Source: Octopus bimaculoides
Lineage: Eukaryota
Length of the DNA: 64,000 nt
Direction: 5' to 3'
Assembly (NCBI RefSeq): GCF_001194135.2
Contig: NC_068987.1
Location: 4,524,879-4,588,878, forward strand
The notes under the pieces were generated by a model. It was not told where the DNA came from. It searched no databases and saw only the letters and a program-made list of their open reading frames with translations. Below, piece after piece: positions 11,766-25,627 of this stretch (position 1 is its first letter; every line of letters begins with the position of its first letter). The translations under genes were made by a program, and so were the position numbers.

Positions 11766-12081
11766 GTAGGTCTACAGTTGTTATTAATTTAATAGATGGA
11801 CTTTTCTGTTGTAAATAATAGATGAGGGAGTTACAGCTTCTTGTTGAACAATCGGCACGAATGATTTGTTTCTAGTGATCAAACGTTTGTGTTGTACTTG
11901 AGCTCATTTCTGTCATCAAATCTTTTTGATTTCACCAAAAGGGTTTATTATCTTTGTAATAAATATCAAAGGTTTTTCTAAATCACAAAATGATTTTCCT
12001 AAACGATTTTTATAAATCTTAAAAATATTTTTGTAAGGTCCACTAACACTAACAGACCCGAATTCAACCTTTGTTTTGTAG

Positions 12082-12165
12082 GGATGTCGAGATGAAATGG
12101 CAAGCTGGATCAGCAAGCACTTGGATATTCTGATAGGTGTTGGCTGTGGTATTGCAGTGTTGGAG
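12082..12165 (+). CDS. Tetraspanin exon (GC motif and start of TM4); 28 aa
   Basis: tttgtag|GGA ... GAG|gtaagt, 84 nt. GCRDEMASWISKHLDILIGVGCGIAVLE. Total large-loop cysteines = 6 (CC, CC, C, C). Confidence 0.93.
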
Positions 12166-12307
12166 GTAAGTATTGTCTCCTTGGGGGCACAGTTGATAAC
12201 ATCACCAATCAGTGCAAAACTGTGACGCTCCATATTAACACACATTACTAACACTTTGTGCTGCCGTTGACACATCAGTAACACTAGTTAAAAAAAAAAA
12301 AAAAAAA

Positions 12308-12660
12308 TGCATGTGTGGTAAGAAGTTTGCTTTCCAACCACATGATTCTCGGTTCAGTCCCACTGCGTGGCACCTTGGGCATGTACCTTCTGCAATAACC
12401 CCAGGCTAATCAAATCCTTGTGAGTGGATTTGGTGGACAGAAATTGAAAGAAGCCCACCATGTGTGTCTCAGTGTGTTTATCCACCTCCACCACTTCACA
12501 ACCGGTGTTGGTGTTGTGATGTCCCTGTAACTTAGTGGTTTGGCAAAAGAGACCCCAAGAATAAGAACCAGGCTAAAAAATAAAATAGCTACTGAAGTTG
12601 ATGTGTTTGACTAAAATTTTGGCCGCAGTCTAATCCCTGAAACAAATAAAGGATAAAAAA
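12308..12660 (+). mobile_element. tRNA-type SINE (family B)
   Basis: tgtgtggtaagaagtttgctttccaaccacatg...ggttcagtcccactgcgtggcaccttgggc...tgtgagtggatttggt...gaaagaagccc. Other copies at about 1430-1680(-), 23495-23620(+), 25454-25556(+), 32210-32370(+), 35630-35790(+), 40530-40695(-), 57920-58030(-). Confidence 0.85.
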
Positions 12661-13399
12661 TTAAACTTAAAGCTTGACTGCACTTAGAGGAAAGTTAAAC
12701 CTTATTATAAGACTTCATATTAAAATCTGAATGTTGGCATTAGTTGTAGAAAATTGAAAATAAATGAACAGACCCTCACACACAGTTTATTTTGGGGTTT
12801 TCAACACACCTGAGACATATAGGCGCAGGTGTGGCTGTATAGGTGCAGGCATAATCCCTTGTGGGCAAGAAATGTAAAATAAAGTTTAGTATAAACAACA
12901 CAGACATTTTGTAATTTAATAGCTTTCAATGTGATACCTGTTAAACAGAAATTATTTTTATTTAAGCAAAATTTAATAAAATCTAATCATAAGCAAGTGA
13001 AATTATGCTAAATACAACTAGATTGAAAACCTTTTCCCCACTGGCCATATCAGCAATTCTGAAAACTTTTGGGTGCAAATTTTATATGAGTTGAAGCTTA
13101 TTTTTAACAAATTTTATCCTGAAAATCACCTGCGTAAATTACACAGGTGCACAAATTACATGGGTTTTTACAGTATATATATACTCTCTGAGTGGTTGGC
13201 GTTAGGAAGGGCATCCAGCTGTAGAAACTCTGNNNNNNNNNNACAGTATATATATACTCTCTGAGTGGTTGGCGTTAGGAAGGGCATCCAGCTGTAGAAA
13301 CTCTGCCAAATCAGACTGGAGCCTGGTGTTGCCATCCGGTTTCACCAGTCCTCAGTCAAATCGTCCAACCCATGCTAGCATGGAAAGCGGACGTTAAAC

Positions 13400-13431
<32 letters not shown>

Positions 13432-13804
13432 CATCATCCTCATTGTTTAACGTCTGCCTTCCAAGCTGGCATGGGTGGAACGGTTTGACAAGAGCTGGCC
13501 AGGCTGGAGCCTGCCCCAGTCTTCTGTGACTGTTTTGGCAGCATTTTTACAACTGGATGCCCTTCCTAACACCAACCACTCAGCAGAGTGGACTTAATGC
13601 TTTTTACGTGGCACAAGCACAGGCGAGGTCAGTTTTGGCAAGGTTTTTACTGCTGGATGCCCTTCCAAATGCCGACCACTTTACAGTGTGGACTGGATGC
13701 TTTTTAAGTGGCACCTGCACTGACAGGATCACCAAGTAACTTTCAGGACAAAGATCCTTTGAGAGGGGAGGGGGCATTGGAGGAGGTGATCAAAGGCTGG
13801 AGTG

Positions 13805-13871
<67 letters not shown>

Positions 13872-13922
13872 CACAAACACATACACACCCTGTCTAAGAC
13901 GTCTTATTCTTCTTTCTTGCAG

Positions 13923-13988
13923 ATGTTTGGCTTGATCGTATCCATCTTCCTGTGCCGAGAAACGAACAGAGAGACTGCTTCCTGTTGA
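13923..13988 (+). CDS. Tetraspanin last coding exon (end of TM4, cytoplasmic tail, stop)
   Basis: tttcttgcag|ATG TTT GGC ... TGT TGA. MFGLIVSIFLCRETNRETASC*, with a juxtamembrane Cys typical of palmitoylation sites. The 7 exons join in frame to 239 aa resembling TSPAN18/TSPAN1 (recalled, not searched). Confidence 0.92.
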   Translation: MFGLIVSIFLCRETNRETASC

Positions 13989-14296
13989 TCTGCTATTGAT
14001 GTTGTTGTTGTTGTTGTTGCTGTTGTTGTTGTTGGTGATATGTGGCCATTTTGCCTGTACTGTCGTGTTGATTCTGCCCCCACCACTACCACTTCCAACC
14101 CAAACCTTTCTCTCGTTCCCTTCTTCCTTACCATCTTCCACAATTTAAAAAAAAATACAAAATACACACCAAAAAGAAAAAAAGAAAAAAAAACATTTTT
14201 TGCTTCATAAACTTCAATGTTTCCATTATTTTTTTTACTTCCTTTTTTTTTGTAAAAGAAAAAAAAAATAAACATTTTCTGGGTCTAATTTTTTTT

Positions 14297-15119
14297 NNNN
14301 NNNNNNNNNNNNNNNNNNNNNNNNNNNNNNNNNNNNNNNNNNNNNNNNNNNNNNNNNNNNNNNNNNNNNNNNNNNNNNNNNNNNNNNNNNNNNNNNNNNN
14401 NNNNNNNNNNNNNNNNNNNNNNNNNNNNNNNNNNNNNNNNNNNNNNNNNNNNNNNNNNNNNNNNNNNNNNNNNNNNNNNNNNNNNNNNNNNNNNNNNNNN
14501 NNNNNNNNNNNNNNNNNNNNNNNNNNNNNNNNNNNNNNNNNNNNNNNNNNNNNNNNNNNNNNNNNNNNNNNNNNNNNNNNNNNNNNNNNNNNNNNNNNNN
14601 NNNNNNNNNNNNNNNNNNNNNNNNNNNNNNNNNNNNNNNNNNNNNNNNNNNNNNNNNNNNNNNNNNNNNNNNNNNNNNNNNNNNNNNNNNNNNNNNNNNN
14701 NNNNNNNNNNNNNNNNNNNNNNNNNNNNNNNNNNNNNNNNNNNNNNNNNNNNNNNNNNNNNNNNNNNNNNNNNNNNNNNNNNNNNNNNNNNNNNNNNNNN
14801 NNNNNNNNNNNNNNNNNNNNNNNNNNNNNNNNNNNNNNNNNNNNNNNNNNNNNNNNNNNNNNNNNNNNNNNNNNNNNNNNNNNNNNNNNNNNNNNNNNNN
14901 NNNNNNNNNNNNNNNNNNNNNNNNNNNNNNNNNNNNNNNNNNNNNNNNNNNNNNNNNNNNNNNNNNNNNNNNNNNNNNNNNNNNNNNNNNNNNNNNNNNN
15001 NNNNNNNNNNNNNNNNNNNNNNNNNNNNNNNNNNNNNNNNNNNNNNNNNNNNNNNNNNNNNNNNNNNNNNNNNNNNNNNNNNNNNNNNNNNNNNNNNNNN
15101 NNNNNNNNNNNNNNNNNNN
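14297..15119. other. Assembly gap (N run)
   Basis: Other gaps: 9132-9157, 13233-13242, 21894-22065, 25431-25453, 28470-29114, 30501-30641, 32840-33057, 37528-37537, 56293-56609. Confidence 0.99.
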
Positions 15120-15822
15120 TACAAGAATCAGAAATTTTGTCAAAAATGGTGGAATCCAGAAAAAAAAAAATAAAAGAAAATGAAAAAGATGATGAGGTGT
15201 CTTTGATGCTTCTTTCTGCCCAACAAACTTTTCCTTTCTTCAAAATAACTTATTTATTCAAATTTTTTTTGTCCCCTAACTCAATAAGTACTAAAACTTT
15301 TATCTAGCTAGAAATCCACAAAATATTGAAAATTGTGGTGGCCACTATGATGATTGTATCGGGAATCTGAATGGATTCGTATTTTACAACAAATCTGATG
15401 GTTGTATGACTTCTTCCCTTTTCCTTATATTTTCAACCCTTAAGAAGTGTACTAGATAACTTATTTACCCCCACCCCAACAAGCAGTAACAAAGTGACGA
15501 CCCATTAATCCAGCAATGGCTACCTATTCGACCCACTCAATTTTTCTCTCTCTTTCTATATTTGCCAACAACATCAGTTGATGGTGTGGCTGTTTGTCGG
15601 GTCTTGTCTGACCAGATTTTCATTATTGTATAAACAAAAGGATTTAAAATATGATATATATATATAAATATGTATGTATATACATCATATAATGTATAAA
15701 TAAATATTTATATATATCATATATGTGTATGTTTGAGTATATATATATATCTTTATATCTTTCTACATATATATATATTTATACATACATGCATATATAT
15801 CTTTATAAATATATACATACAT

Positions 15823-15879
<57 letters not shown>

Positions 15880-16108
15880 CATATGTATGTTTATATATAT
15901 GTGTGTGTATATATGTAAATATATATATTATAGATAAATATATGTATGTGTATGTATATATATATACATATGTATATGTATATATTTATGTGTATGTATG
16001 TTTATAAATATTCATATAATTATTGCTATCCTATTGTCTCTCATTTATTGACATTCATGTGGGTGCATTTGATTGGGTGGGTGTGTTCATGTGTGCATGT
16101 GTTTAGAC

Positions 16109-16143
<35 letters not shown>

Positions 16144-16699
16144 AACACACATACATACTCAGCAATATGTGTGTGTGTGTGTATATTAGCAATCTCATTT
16201 ACATGTGCAATAGCTATTTTCTACAACAATCTTGTATAACATGAAGCATCTGAGAATGCTGAAACAAACTGCCGTGTACTCATTGAAGTTGGTTCTTATT
16301 TTGGGGGTTTTTGTTTGGAAGTACTCAACTCCTTGGCTTGCCAACTGCATGAAACAAGCTTTAATTCCTGAAGGTACACCTTTGTCAGTTTGGGTTTGAG
16401 AGAAAAGCAATGTTGCTGCTCAAATACTTGAATAAGGGAGCCATTTTCAGCAAATTACCATTGATGGAAAAATAATTAATGAATAAATAAAAGCAGGAAG
16501 CTATGGTGAAGGCCCAGTGTATTTAACTAATGATTTAAAATCTCATTAGCAAATGTATTTAGGATCAGCCACCTCTTGAGTGTGTATTATAAAGGATGCA
16601 TCAGTAATGTAGTAAAGATGCTGGACTTTGGTGTAAGCCTGCAACCTTCTAAAATTGAAGAGTTTGATGTTTTTATGGCTTATGAAGTGTAAGAATGGT

Positions 16700-17170
16700 T
16701 TTAATCATAGCAAAGACAAGTGCATCTCTCCCTGCTTGACTCCCAGTTAGATAAAGCATGCAACATGTTATTGATGTATGTCTCAACATCGGTTTTGTCA
16801 TGAAAATGCTGGAAAATGTTAATGAAATTTTGTGGACAAGCATATATTTGTAGTTGAGCTAATTTAATGAACATATGCTTCTTTTGTGGCATTTTTTGGA
16901 GGATCCATCTCAGAGAGAATACCATGTCCTAGGTGCTTCAATATCTTCCAAAACCACATTTGAGTCTTTGCAGCGAGTCCAGCAAAATATGTCAGTGGAA
17001 TACATAATAGGAAATTGTTGGCAACTGACTGTAGAGAAATTCTTTTGCCGTTGAGGATATAAAAGCTTTTATCCTTATTTCTTGTAAATGTGTACATTGT
17101 TGGCATTTTCAGGAGTTTAAGAATTTCTTCATATTTAATCTGGCAGACAATTTCATGGAGGTTATACACC
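16700..17170 (-). mobile_element. Decayed piggyBac-like transposase fragment
   Basis: ANNFLLCIPL resembles the FxDNFFTxIPL motif; LRW...KKH.FI...CPQ..INIFQHFHDKTDV resembles RW..K.K.I...CP..V..YN.HMGGVD. Frameshifted. Confidence 0.45.
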
Positions 17171-17621
17171 TGTTTGTTTTGTAATTTTTTTTTCCAAATA
17201 TTTTCTTTGAAAATACCATCATATTCTTTAATTTATTATTTCTAAGTCTAAAGATAGCAATCTAGCAGAACCGTTAGCACATCGGATAAAATGCTTTGCA
17301 GCATTTCTTCCAGTTCTTTACATTCTGAGTTCAAATACTGCCAAGGTAAACTTTACCATTCATCCTCTCAAGATCGATAAAAATAAGTACCAATCTTATA
17401 CTGGGGTTGATATAGTCAACTTCCTTGTCCTTTCGAAATTGCTGGCCTTGTGTCAAATTTAGAAAGGGTTATTTTTAAGTATTTGATTTTAGTGGGTACT
17501 TAAGGCAGTTCAGAAAATTTATCAAGTAAATTAAGGGCAAGAAGTTGAAGCATGAAAACTCTTTTTAAAGGGTTCAGTTTTTTTTATTTTTTTATTTTTT
17601 ATTTTGTGTGTGTGTATGTGT

Positions 17622-17657
<36 letters not shown>

Positions 17658-18378
17658 AATTTCAAAGAATCTATTAATTCTTTTGATTATTTACTAATGA
17701 TCTTTGGACACAATTACAACACCTGCTGCTTTGATGTATAAAATATTAAAATCTTATTGCTGGATCATTGATTGATTGAATTTCTTTAGTTTTTCTGCCA
17801 TTTCCATCAGAAATTATTGAGAAACACCACTTCATTACAAACCAGAAGATTTTGAAGTAAGCACCAGACATGATATCTCTATGGACTGACAAGGTGCCAG
17901 TTGTCTTTTCTTTAGTACTATTATCGTTACAATGATCGTTAGGGTTTGCGCTTTAGGGAATTGAGTAGATGACGATGATGATGATGATGATGGATTTTCA
18001 TATTGTTTTTATTTATGCTTTTTTTAATATTTTATACGATGATAATGAAATCTACAGGTTTGTCATAGAAAACTTAGCCGCTACACATGTCTGCACATTG
18101 AAATAAGCATGCGTGTGTGCAAACAGCTTGCAATGTGTGTGAATATAATGAAAATATGCACAAATTACCATCCCTTGGCACACATACATAAATAACCACA
18201 CACATGCATACACACACTCGCACACACAATATAGCACTGGAACTTGTACGTTCTCTCAGAGTCTCAAAGTCTGAAATTGGTTGCCTGTGTTCTTCCCTTA
18301 CATTTTCTCTCCTCCTCTCCCACCATTTCCTCCCTCCCTCTTTTCCTATCTGTTTCTCCCTTTCTATCCATCTATCTA

Positions 18379-18441
<63 letters not shown>

Positions 18442-18807
18442 TAATATATTTGCAACACAATTTCACTTACTTTACAAGCAACCCCAACTTCTTCGTTTTT
18501 TGAACTCCTTTAAACTATTGAGTGTGGCAGGGGAGGGGGTAATTAATAGGATGAGGAGGAGGAAGAGGAGGAGGCGGCAGGAGAAAATCCTCTGAGAGAG
18601 AAAGAGAAAGATTTTCTATAAATAATTGAGATAAATAACCCTGGCAAGATCCAAGAGCCCAAAAAGAACAACAAACGACTGTATTACCCCTACCCCCACC
18701 CACTGCAACAAAGTTCTGGAGAGAGTTCTATATAATAATAATATTAATAATAATCCTGATACATATTCTCTTGTTTTCGTATATGCACATGTGTATGTGT
18801 GTGTGTG

Positions 18808-18843
<36 letters not shown>

Positions 18844-19841
18844 TGGATATACACACATATATATATATATATAAATACACAAACATATGTGTATATATAT
18901 ATATATACATATACACATACATATTTTGTTTTGTTATTAATGTTTTGTTCCTTGTTTGTTTTGTTTTGTTTGGGTGCTGTAAATTAGCCCCCCGCCCCCT
19001 CCCCACTTCTATACTTCAAGCCCAGATTTACTGGGCTGGGATAATCGACTCAACGTTATCAAATAAATTTATTCCCTTTTTTCGTTTGTTTGTTTTCTTC
19101 AATTGTTTTGTTGATTTTTTTTGTTTATGATTTTTTTTAAACTTAAAAATCTACTTTTGTTTTGTTTTTGTTTTTTCCTTTAAATAAAAGACTTATGGAG
19201 TTTTATGAATAGTTAAGTAAATAATTGCAAAGAATATTAATACCTGAAATCGATATATAAAATACTTGAACAAATTATTAAACATTTAATATATAAGAAA
19301 AACACAGAGAAAAAAAATGTAAATTAAATAAATATTAATTTGAAAGGCAGCATGCAAAAGTCTGAACTAAGTCTTAATTAAACATAATTAATTCCCTCGT
19401 TATCGAATATATTCGATCCCAAAATACTGGCTTAAACAAAAGTTCAGGAACAAAATTAAAACTGACAACTTTAAAAAATTGCTTTAGATGAATTTGATGA
19501 CAACATAATTAAAATATAAATTAAGGACATAAAACTTTAATTAGGTATATGCAAATAACAAAAAATGCTTTAAAATGTATTTAACATGTACTTTCCTAAA
19601 ACTAATTAATTATGAAGAGTTAAACACATTTAACACCAAATTAACTTCAAAAACATTGAATTAGTCTCATATAGCCTCCCAAATCGTTAACCAATGTAAC
19701 TCTTTAAACTCATATTTAAACACAATTGATGAATTAAAAGTCTGTCAGACACCAGATAAAAGGCTTTTGATCTAACTAATTAAACAATATATATATATAT
19801 ATATATATAATCCAAAATTTATAGTATTAAATATCTATCAT

Positions 19842-19933
19842 GGCTGATCTTACCAATCGGTTTTGCGTAAAGAATATAATGGAGTGTTAGGTAACAATCC
19901 TATTATATAACTTTACGCTCATCAGAGGTAGCC
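19842..19933 (-). ncRNA. Degenerate type I hammerhead ribozyme with long stem II (G12A)
   Basis: - strand: GGCUACCU CUGAUGA GCGUAAAG...CUUUACGC AAAAC CGAUUG GUA^AGAUCAGCC. Perfect 8-bp stem II, palindromic stem III, partial stem I; the core GAAA reads AAAA. Confidence 0.6.
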
Positions 19934-19984
19934 GATATGGAAGGGAATATGGCAACACACACACACACACATATATATAATGAC

Positions 19985-20540
19985 CTTATTTTATGCAGTA
20001 CTCAGGTGAACTACAGCTCCTTAGAAAAGGCAACCAAAAGTGCATGAGCAGCGCATAGAAGAATGTGAGGGTGAGGAGATCAGGATTCCAGGAAGCATGG
20101 AAGTTTTGAAGAATGTTGTGTCCCAACGGTTAACAACTGATGCTGGTAGCTTACCCCCATGCTTCAGCAATTCTGAGTGTGAAAAAAATGTTTCCAAAAG
20201 TCATGGGTGTTGTTTTGTTTTTTGGTTTGATAAGAATGCCCATAAATGTTAGACATGGAATTCAAAAAATACTCGAGGTTGTTGTTGAAAAGAGGATAAT
20301 CTTATGGGCATCAACCAAGTCAGTTTTAATGTGTCCATGCCCAGGGAAGCAAGATGTTTAGGGTATGGTAGATGCCTGATGGCTGGTATTTATCTGGTTG
20401 CACATTTCTGGACAGTTTCCAGGGGATTGTTATACTGAGCAAGATAGGGGTTCCAGACTGGTGGTGCAAACTCCAAGTGTGGACATACCATAGTCATATA
20501 CAGCTTCAAATAGATAACTGAAGAGCAGTTAAGTGCATAA
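19985..20540 (-). mobile_element. CR1-type LINE 3' fragment
   Basis: Decayed reading LYMTMVCPHLEFAPPVWNP...LETVQKCATR*IPAIRHLPYPKHLASLGMDTLKL...HFFTLRIAEAW..LPASVV, matching the CR1 C-terminal LYxxxVRPHLEY..W.P and FFTxRVxxxWNxLP motifs. Confidence 0.85.
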
Positions 20541-20825
20541 ACTTTATTGAAAATATACAGAACTCTTTCAGGTTTGTTAAAATCTTGAGTGATTTTTTTT
20601 TTTAAATGTACACTATTGAAATCATATTAGCTAAGACTGATATAATTCCATAATAGTTGCCTTTGATAGGGCCCTCTCTACGAAGAAGGTGCTTAAGGAC
20701 TTTGTCCACTATTCCAAGGAACATTGTAGGTAGGCAGAGAAAATGGATGCATATGTCATGGATGCATATATCATTATATATATATATATATATATAATGA
20801 TATATGCATCCATGACATATGCATC

Positions 20826-20867
<42 letters not shown>

Positions 20868-23800
20868 ATATGTAAAAATCAGATCCAAGGATCAATGTGT
20901 AGGAAGTTAGTAAGCTTCAAGCAGTCTGTAGAAGGTATAAAAAAAACAACTTTAAGGAGCAATAGGGCTTATTGATGTAGAAGGTTGTGCATTTTTTCCA
21001 TATCAAAGTTCAATAAGCTGAGGCCTTGTGACTAGTGAACCAGTCATCACCTCTCACCAAATACACATCACCCTGATGACCAACAGACGCAAAATGCTAA
21101 GCAGATAAAAGCTGTATCTTAGGCAAGTATCTTTTAGCATTGCCTCGGGTTAAACAATGTCTTTTGAGTGAAATTTGGAAGGGGAAAACTGCACAGAAAC
21201 TCAGTGTGTATGTGTGGTTATATTGTATACAGTACATCTTCTGTATATGATCTACAGAGCAAATGTATGTATAATAATTTCTTACATATATATATACACA
21301 CACACATATTTTTATGCGTGTGAGTAGATCCTTTGGTAAGAGATATAAAATATTGGTGAGAGAACATTGGTGGATAAACTGGTGCTTTTTGAATGAAGTC
21401 ATTTGTGATATTTGTTCCACCCGAGTTGCGCAAAATCCCTTATCGCTCTTGCCATTGTAAATCCATGAACCAATGAATGGTCCACTGGGAACCTGTAACC
21501 AAAGACCGCTGCCATTCACAAAATAGGATATGAAATAAAAGTAAATAAATAAATAAAGCACCTAAGTATCTAGAAATAATAATAATAAAAAAAAAACAGG
21601 AAATTCTGAAATACAAAGAAGTTTTCCTGAAGATATAAGAGAACCTTAAGAATACAAGATACCCCTGAAATGGTATTAGAAAAATACAAAGAATCCCGAA
21701 GCATCGTATAATTTATCCTAAAATAGAAATAAATTACAGGAGCAAATTAGTTTTAAGATGTATAAAAGAAGAATATTAGAATATCTTATCATTTCTACAA
21801 AATTTCTTGACCGATTCTCATCCAAACTTTACTGCCACACTGACTTCTGACCTCTGACCCAACCACCTTAAAAAAAAAAAACCCACTGCCATANNNNNNN
21901 NNNNNNNNNNNNNNNNNNNNNNNNNNNNNNNNNNNNNNNNNNNNNNNNNNNNNNNNNNNNNNNNNNNNNNNNNNNNNNNNNNNNNNNNNNNNNNNNNNNN
22001 NNNNNNNNNNNNNNNNNNNNNNNNNNNNNNNNNNNNNNNNNNNNNNNNNNNNNNNNNNNNNNNNNATAAACAAAATCTAAGAAAGAAATAAAGGTCAGAA
22101 ACAAAAGAACAAATTAAAAAAAAAAGAAAAAAATTTCAAAGATTTTTATTATTATTATTTATTATTATTATTATTATTATTTATTATTATTATTAAGATG
22201 TCAAGCTGGCAGAATCATTAGCACACCAGGCAAAATGCTTAGCAGTATTTTAGCCATTATTACGTTCTGAGTTCAAATTCCGCTAAGGTTGACTTTGCCT
22301 TTCATCCTTTCGGGGTCGATAAATTAAGTACCAGTGAAACACTGGGGTTGATGTTATTGACTAGTCCACTGCCCCAAAATGGCTGCCCTTGTGGCAAAAT
22401 TTAAAACCATTATTATTATTATTAACATGGTGTGCTAGCAGAATCGTTAGCATGTTGCGAAAAATGCTTAGCAGCATTTTGTCTATCTTAACATTCTGTG
22501 TTCAAATTCCGCTGTGGTCAACTTTGCCTTTCATCTTTTCGGGGTCAGTAAAATAAGACCCCAGTACACAAGGGGTTGGTGTGATTGACTATCTCCCTCC
22601 CCCACCCAAATTTCAGGCCTTGTGCCTATAGTAGAAAGGTTTCTTCTTATTATTATATCCCATGCTATAATAGTTAGCAGGGACATTGTTTTGAGGTTTG
22701 GTGGCAACAGGTCTCCTCAAATCTCAAGAGTCTTTCTTGGGATTCTTGCAGAATATAGAATGGTACTTTTCTGCTGGTCGACAATGCAAGTCTCAATTCT
22801 AATATGCTTTATTTATATAATTATTATTATTATTAATATTCTTATTACTACCTTGAAACAGTTATCTTGTATGTAAATGCTATGAACTTCCTCTTGATTG
22901 CTACACTACTAACACTGTATGAAAAAAAAAGAAAGCTAACATGAATTTATGTCTTGCTTCATGAAATATTCAATTAATAAATTTTGGGTTCTATCATGCT
23001 TATGATTTCTAAAAAGAATGAAATAGTCTTATACATGATTACAACAAATTGGAAATTTTAAGAGCTTCATAAATAGGCAGACAACAAAGAGAATTAAATA
23101 CATGTATTTTATGCATCATCTTATTCTTAAATTTCAGATTAAAAATTTTAATCCTACCAAATATTATGAAAAAATGATTATCTCCCTTGTAATAAATGGC
23201 CTGTAAGGGAAGATTTGTTTTATCATTATCATTATCATTTTTGAGGCAGTAAGCTGGCTGAATCATTAGTATGCCAGACAAAATATGTTGTGGCATTTCA
23301 TCCAGCTTTATGTTCTGAGATCAAATTCTGCCAAGGCCAGCTTTGTCTTTGTCATTTCAGGGTCAATAACCACTGAAGTTAACTTCACCTTTCATCTTTT
23401 AGGGGTCAATAATGATCAGTTGAACATTGGGGTCCATGTTATTAACTAACCCCCAAATTCCAGGCCTTGCATCTGTAGTAGAAAGATGTTGCGTGGTAGG
23501 ACGTTTGCTTCCCAACCACATGGTTCCAGGTTCATGGGTAAGTGTCTTCTATTATAGCCTGGGGGCCAACCAAAGCCTTGTGAGCAGATTTGGTAGTTGG
23601 AAACTAAAAGAAGCTTGTTGTATATCATCATCATCGTTTAACGTCCACTTTCCATGCTAGCATGGGTTGGATGATTTGACTGAGGACTGGCGAACTGGAT
23701 GGCTGCACCAGGCTCCAGTCTGATCTAGCAGAGTTTCTACAGCCAACCACTTCGAGAGTGTAGTGGGTTCAGAATCACAAACTCAGGTTATGGTTGGTAC

Positions 23801-25363
23801 CACAAATGTGTTAATGTTTCGCTATTGGAATTGGTTTTTTGACTCTTCATCATCATCATCATCATCATCATCAATGTCCATTTTCCATGCTGGCATGGGT
23901 TGGATGGCTTGACAGGGACCAATGATTTTCAGGGCTGTGTTCAGTTCCAGCATCTGTTTCAACATGGTTTCTACAGCTGGATGCTCTTCCTAATACCAAA
24001 CATGTTACAGCATGGACTGGATGCTTTTTTGGGCCACCTGCACTTTTGAGGTCACCAGGTAGTTTGCAGGTCTACAAGCCCAGTGGAGGGGGTCAGCTTC
24101 ATGCTAGGAGATTATTATGAGAGAGTGGGGATGGGGAGCAGAACAGGTTCCTGTAGAAGGTTCTGCATAGCTACTCAAAAAATAAAAACAAGCTTGAAGA
24201 ATTGTACAAAATGCTTAGCACCATTTCTTCCAGTTCTCTTTGCCTTTCATCCCTTTGGGTTTGACAAAAGGAAGTACCAGTGAAGTACTGGGGTCAATGT
24301 AATCAACTTGCTCCTTTCCTTCAAAGTTGCTAGCCTTGTGCTAAAATTTGAAACCATTTTTAGAAGTTTGGCAATATCCAGAATGGTTTAACTCAAACTT
24401 GTTTGTTTAGGAAATCGGCAAGTTCTTTTTAATCTTGTTTTGTTTTTAGTTAGGAGGTAAGCCAGTGCTTGTGGCTCATTATTGGCCCTCCAAGACTGAA
24501 TGGAGGAAAATGGTATCCTCACACTTGGAAACTGGTTGGAATGCTTGTAAAAAAAATGGACTCTGCTAAAGGCTCCATCTTCAATGTAGCAGGTGGTGGT
24601 GTCAAATCAGATGACAGGTTTAGGTCTACCACCCAAGTAAGACATGGTAGGATTCGAACTAAGAAGACAAAGAATCAGAACAAACACTTCAAGGCATCCA
24701 CTTCAACGTTCTTACAGTTCTGCCACCTTATGTTGCTCTATGTTTCTATACACATTACATGTACATTCCATCACTCTCATCATCATCATCATCATATGTC
24801 CGCTTTCCATGTTGGCATGGGTTGGATAGCCTGACTGAGGACTGGCCAGCCAGAAGGCTCAAATCTGATCAGGCAAGGTTTCTACAGCTGGATGCCCTTC
24901 CTGATACCAACCACTCCAAGAGTGTAGTGGGTGCTTTTTATGTGACACCAGCAGTGGTGCGGATGTATCTCGTCAGGTGATAAATAATTACAATTCGTTA
25001 AAATAACTGTTCCGCAATGTAACTTCCCGTTTTGTAGAGAGAAAAACAGCCAGACGGAGGAAATATCTTCATTTAAATCGAAGATCAAAAATAAAATCAC
25101 AGATGGCAAAAAGAGAAATGAACATACACATCCCATGCTGGTGGCAAGTAAAAAGCGCCATCTGAGCATGGTTGATGCCAGTGTTGCCTGACTGGTCCCC
25201 CATGCCAGTGGCACATAAAAAGCACTCAGTACACTCTTAGAGTGGTTGGCATCCAGCTGTGGAAACCTTGTCAGATCAGATTGGAGCCTGGTGCAGCTGC
25301 TGGCTCACCAGTACTCAGTCAAACCATTCAACCCATGCCAGCATGGAAAGCAGATGTTAAACA

Positions 25364-25430
<67 letters not shown>

Positions 25431-25589
25431 NNNNNNNNNNNNNNNNNNNNNNNTAGCTTGCTTCTCAACCACATGGTTCCAGGTTCAGTCCCACTGTGTG
25501 GAACCTTGGCCAAGTGTCTTCCACTATAGTGTCAGGCTGACCAAAGCCTTGTGAGCATATATATATATATGCATTTATATATATATATA

Positions 25590-25627
<38 letters not shown>

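Noticed and set aside
11916-12284. 122-aa - strand ORF
   Set aside because: Antisense shadow of tetraspanin exon 12082-12165; no recognisable motif.
13170-13300. ~60-bp direct duplication around a 10-N gap
   Set aside because: Typical unmerged contig overlap artefact.
13330-13362. CUGAGGA-cuggu-GAAAC on the - strand of RTE tails (also about 23678)
   Set aside because: No stem II closing pair, no UH triplet paired to A15.1 and no stem I; a chance core-like match in a repeat.
14128-15243. Long ORFs spanning N runs (also 28414-29189, 30333-30775, 32736-33209, 56259-56713)
   Set aside because: Open only because N codons are untranslatable.
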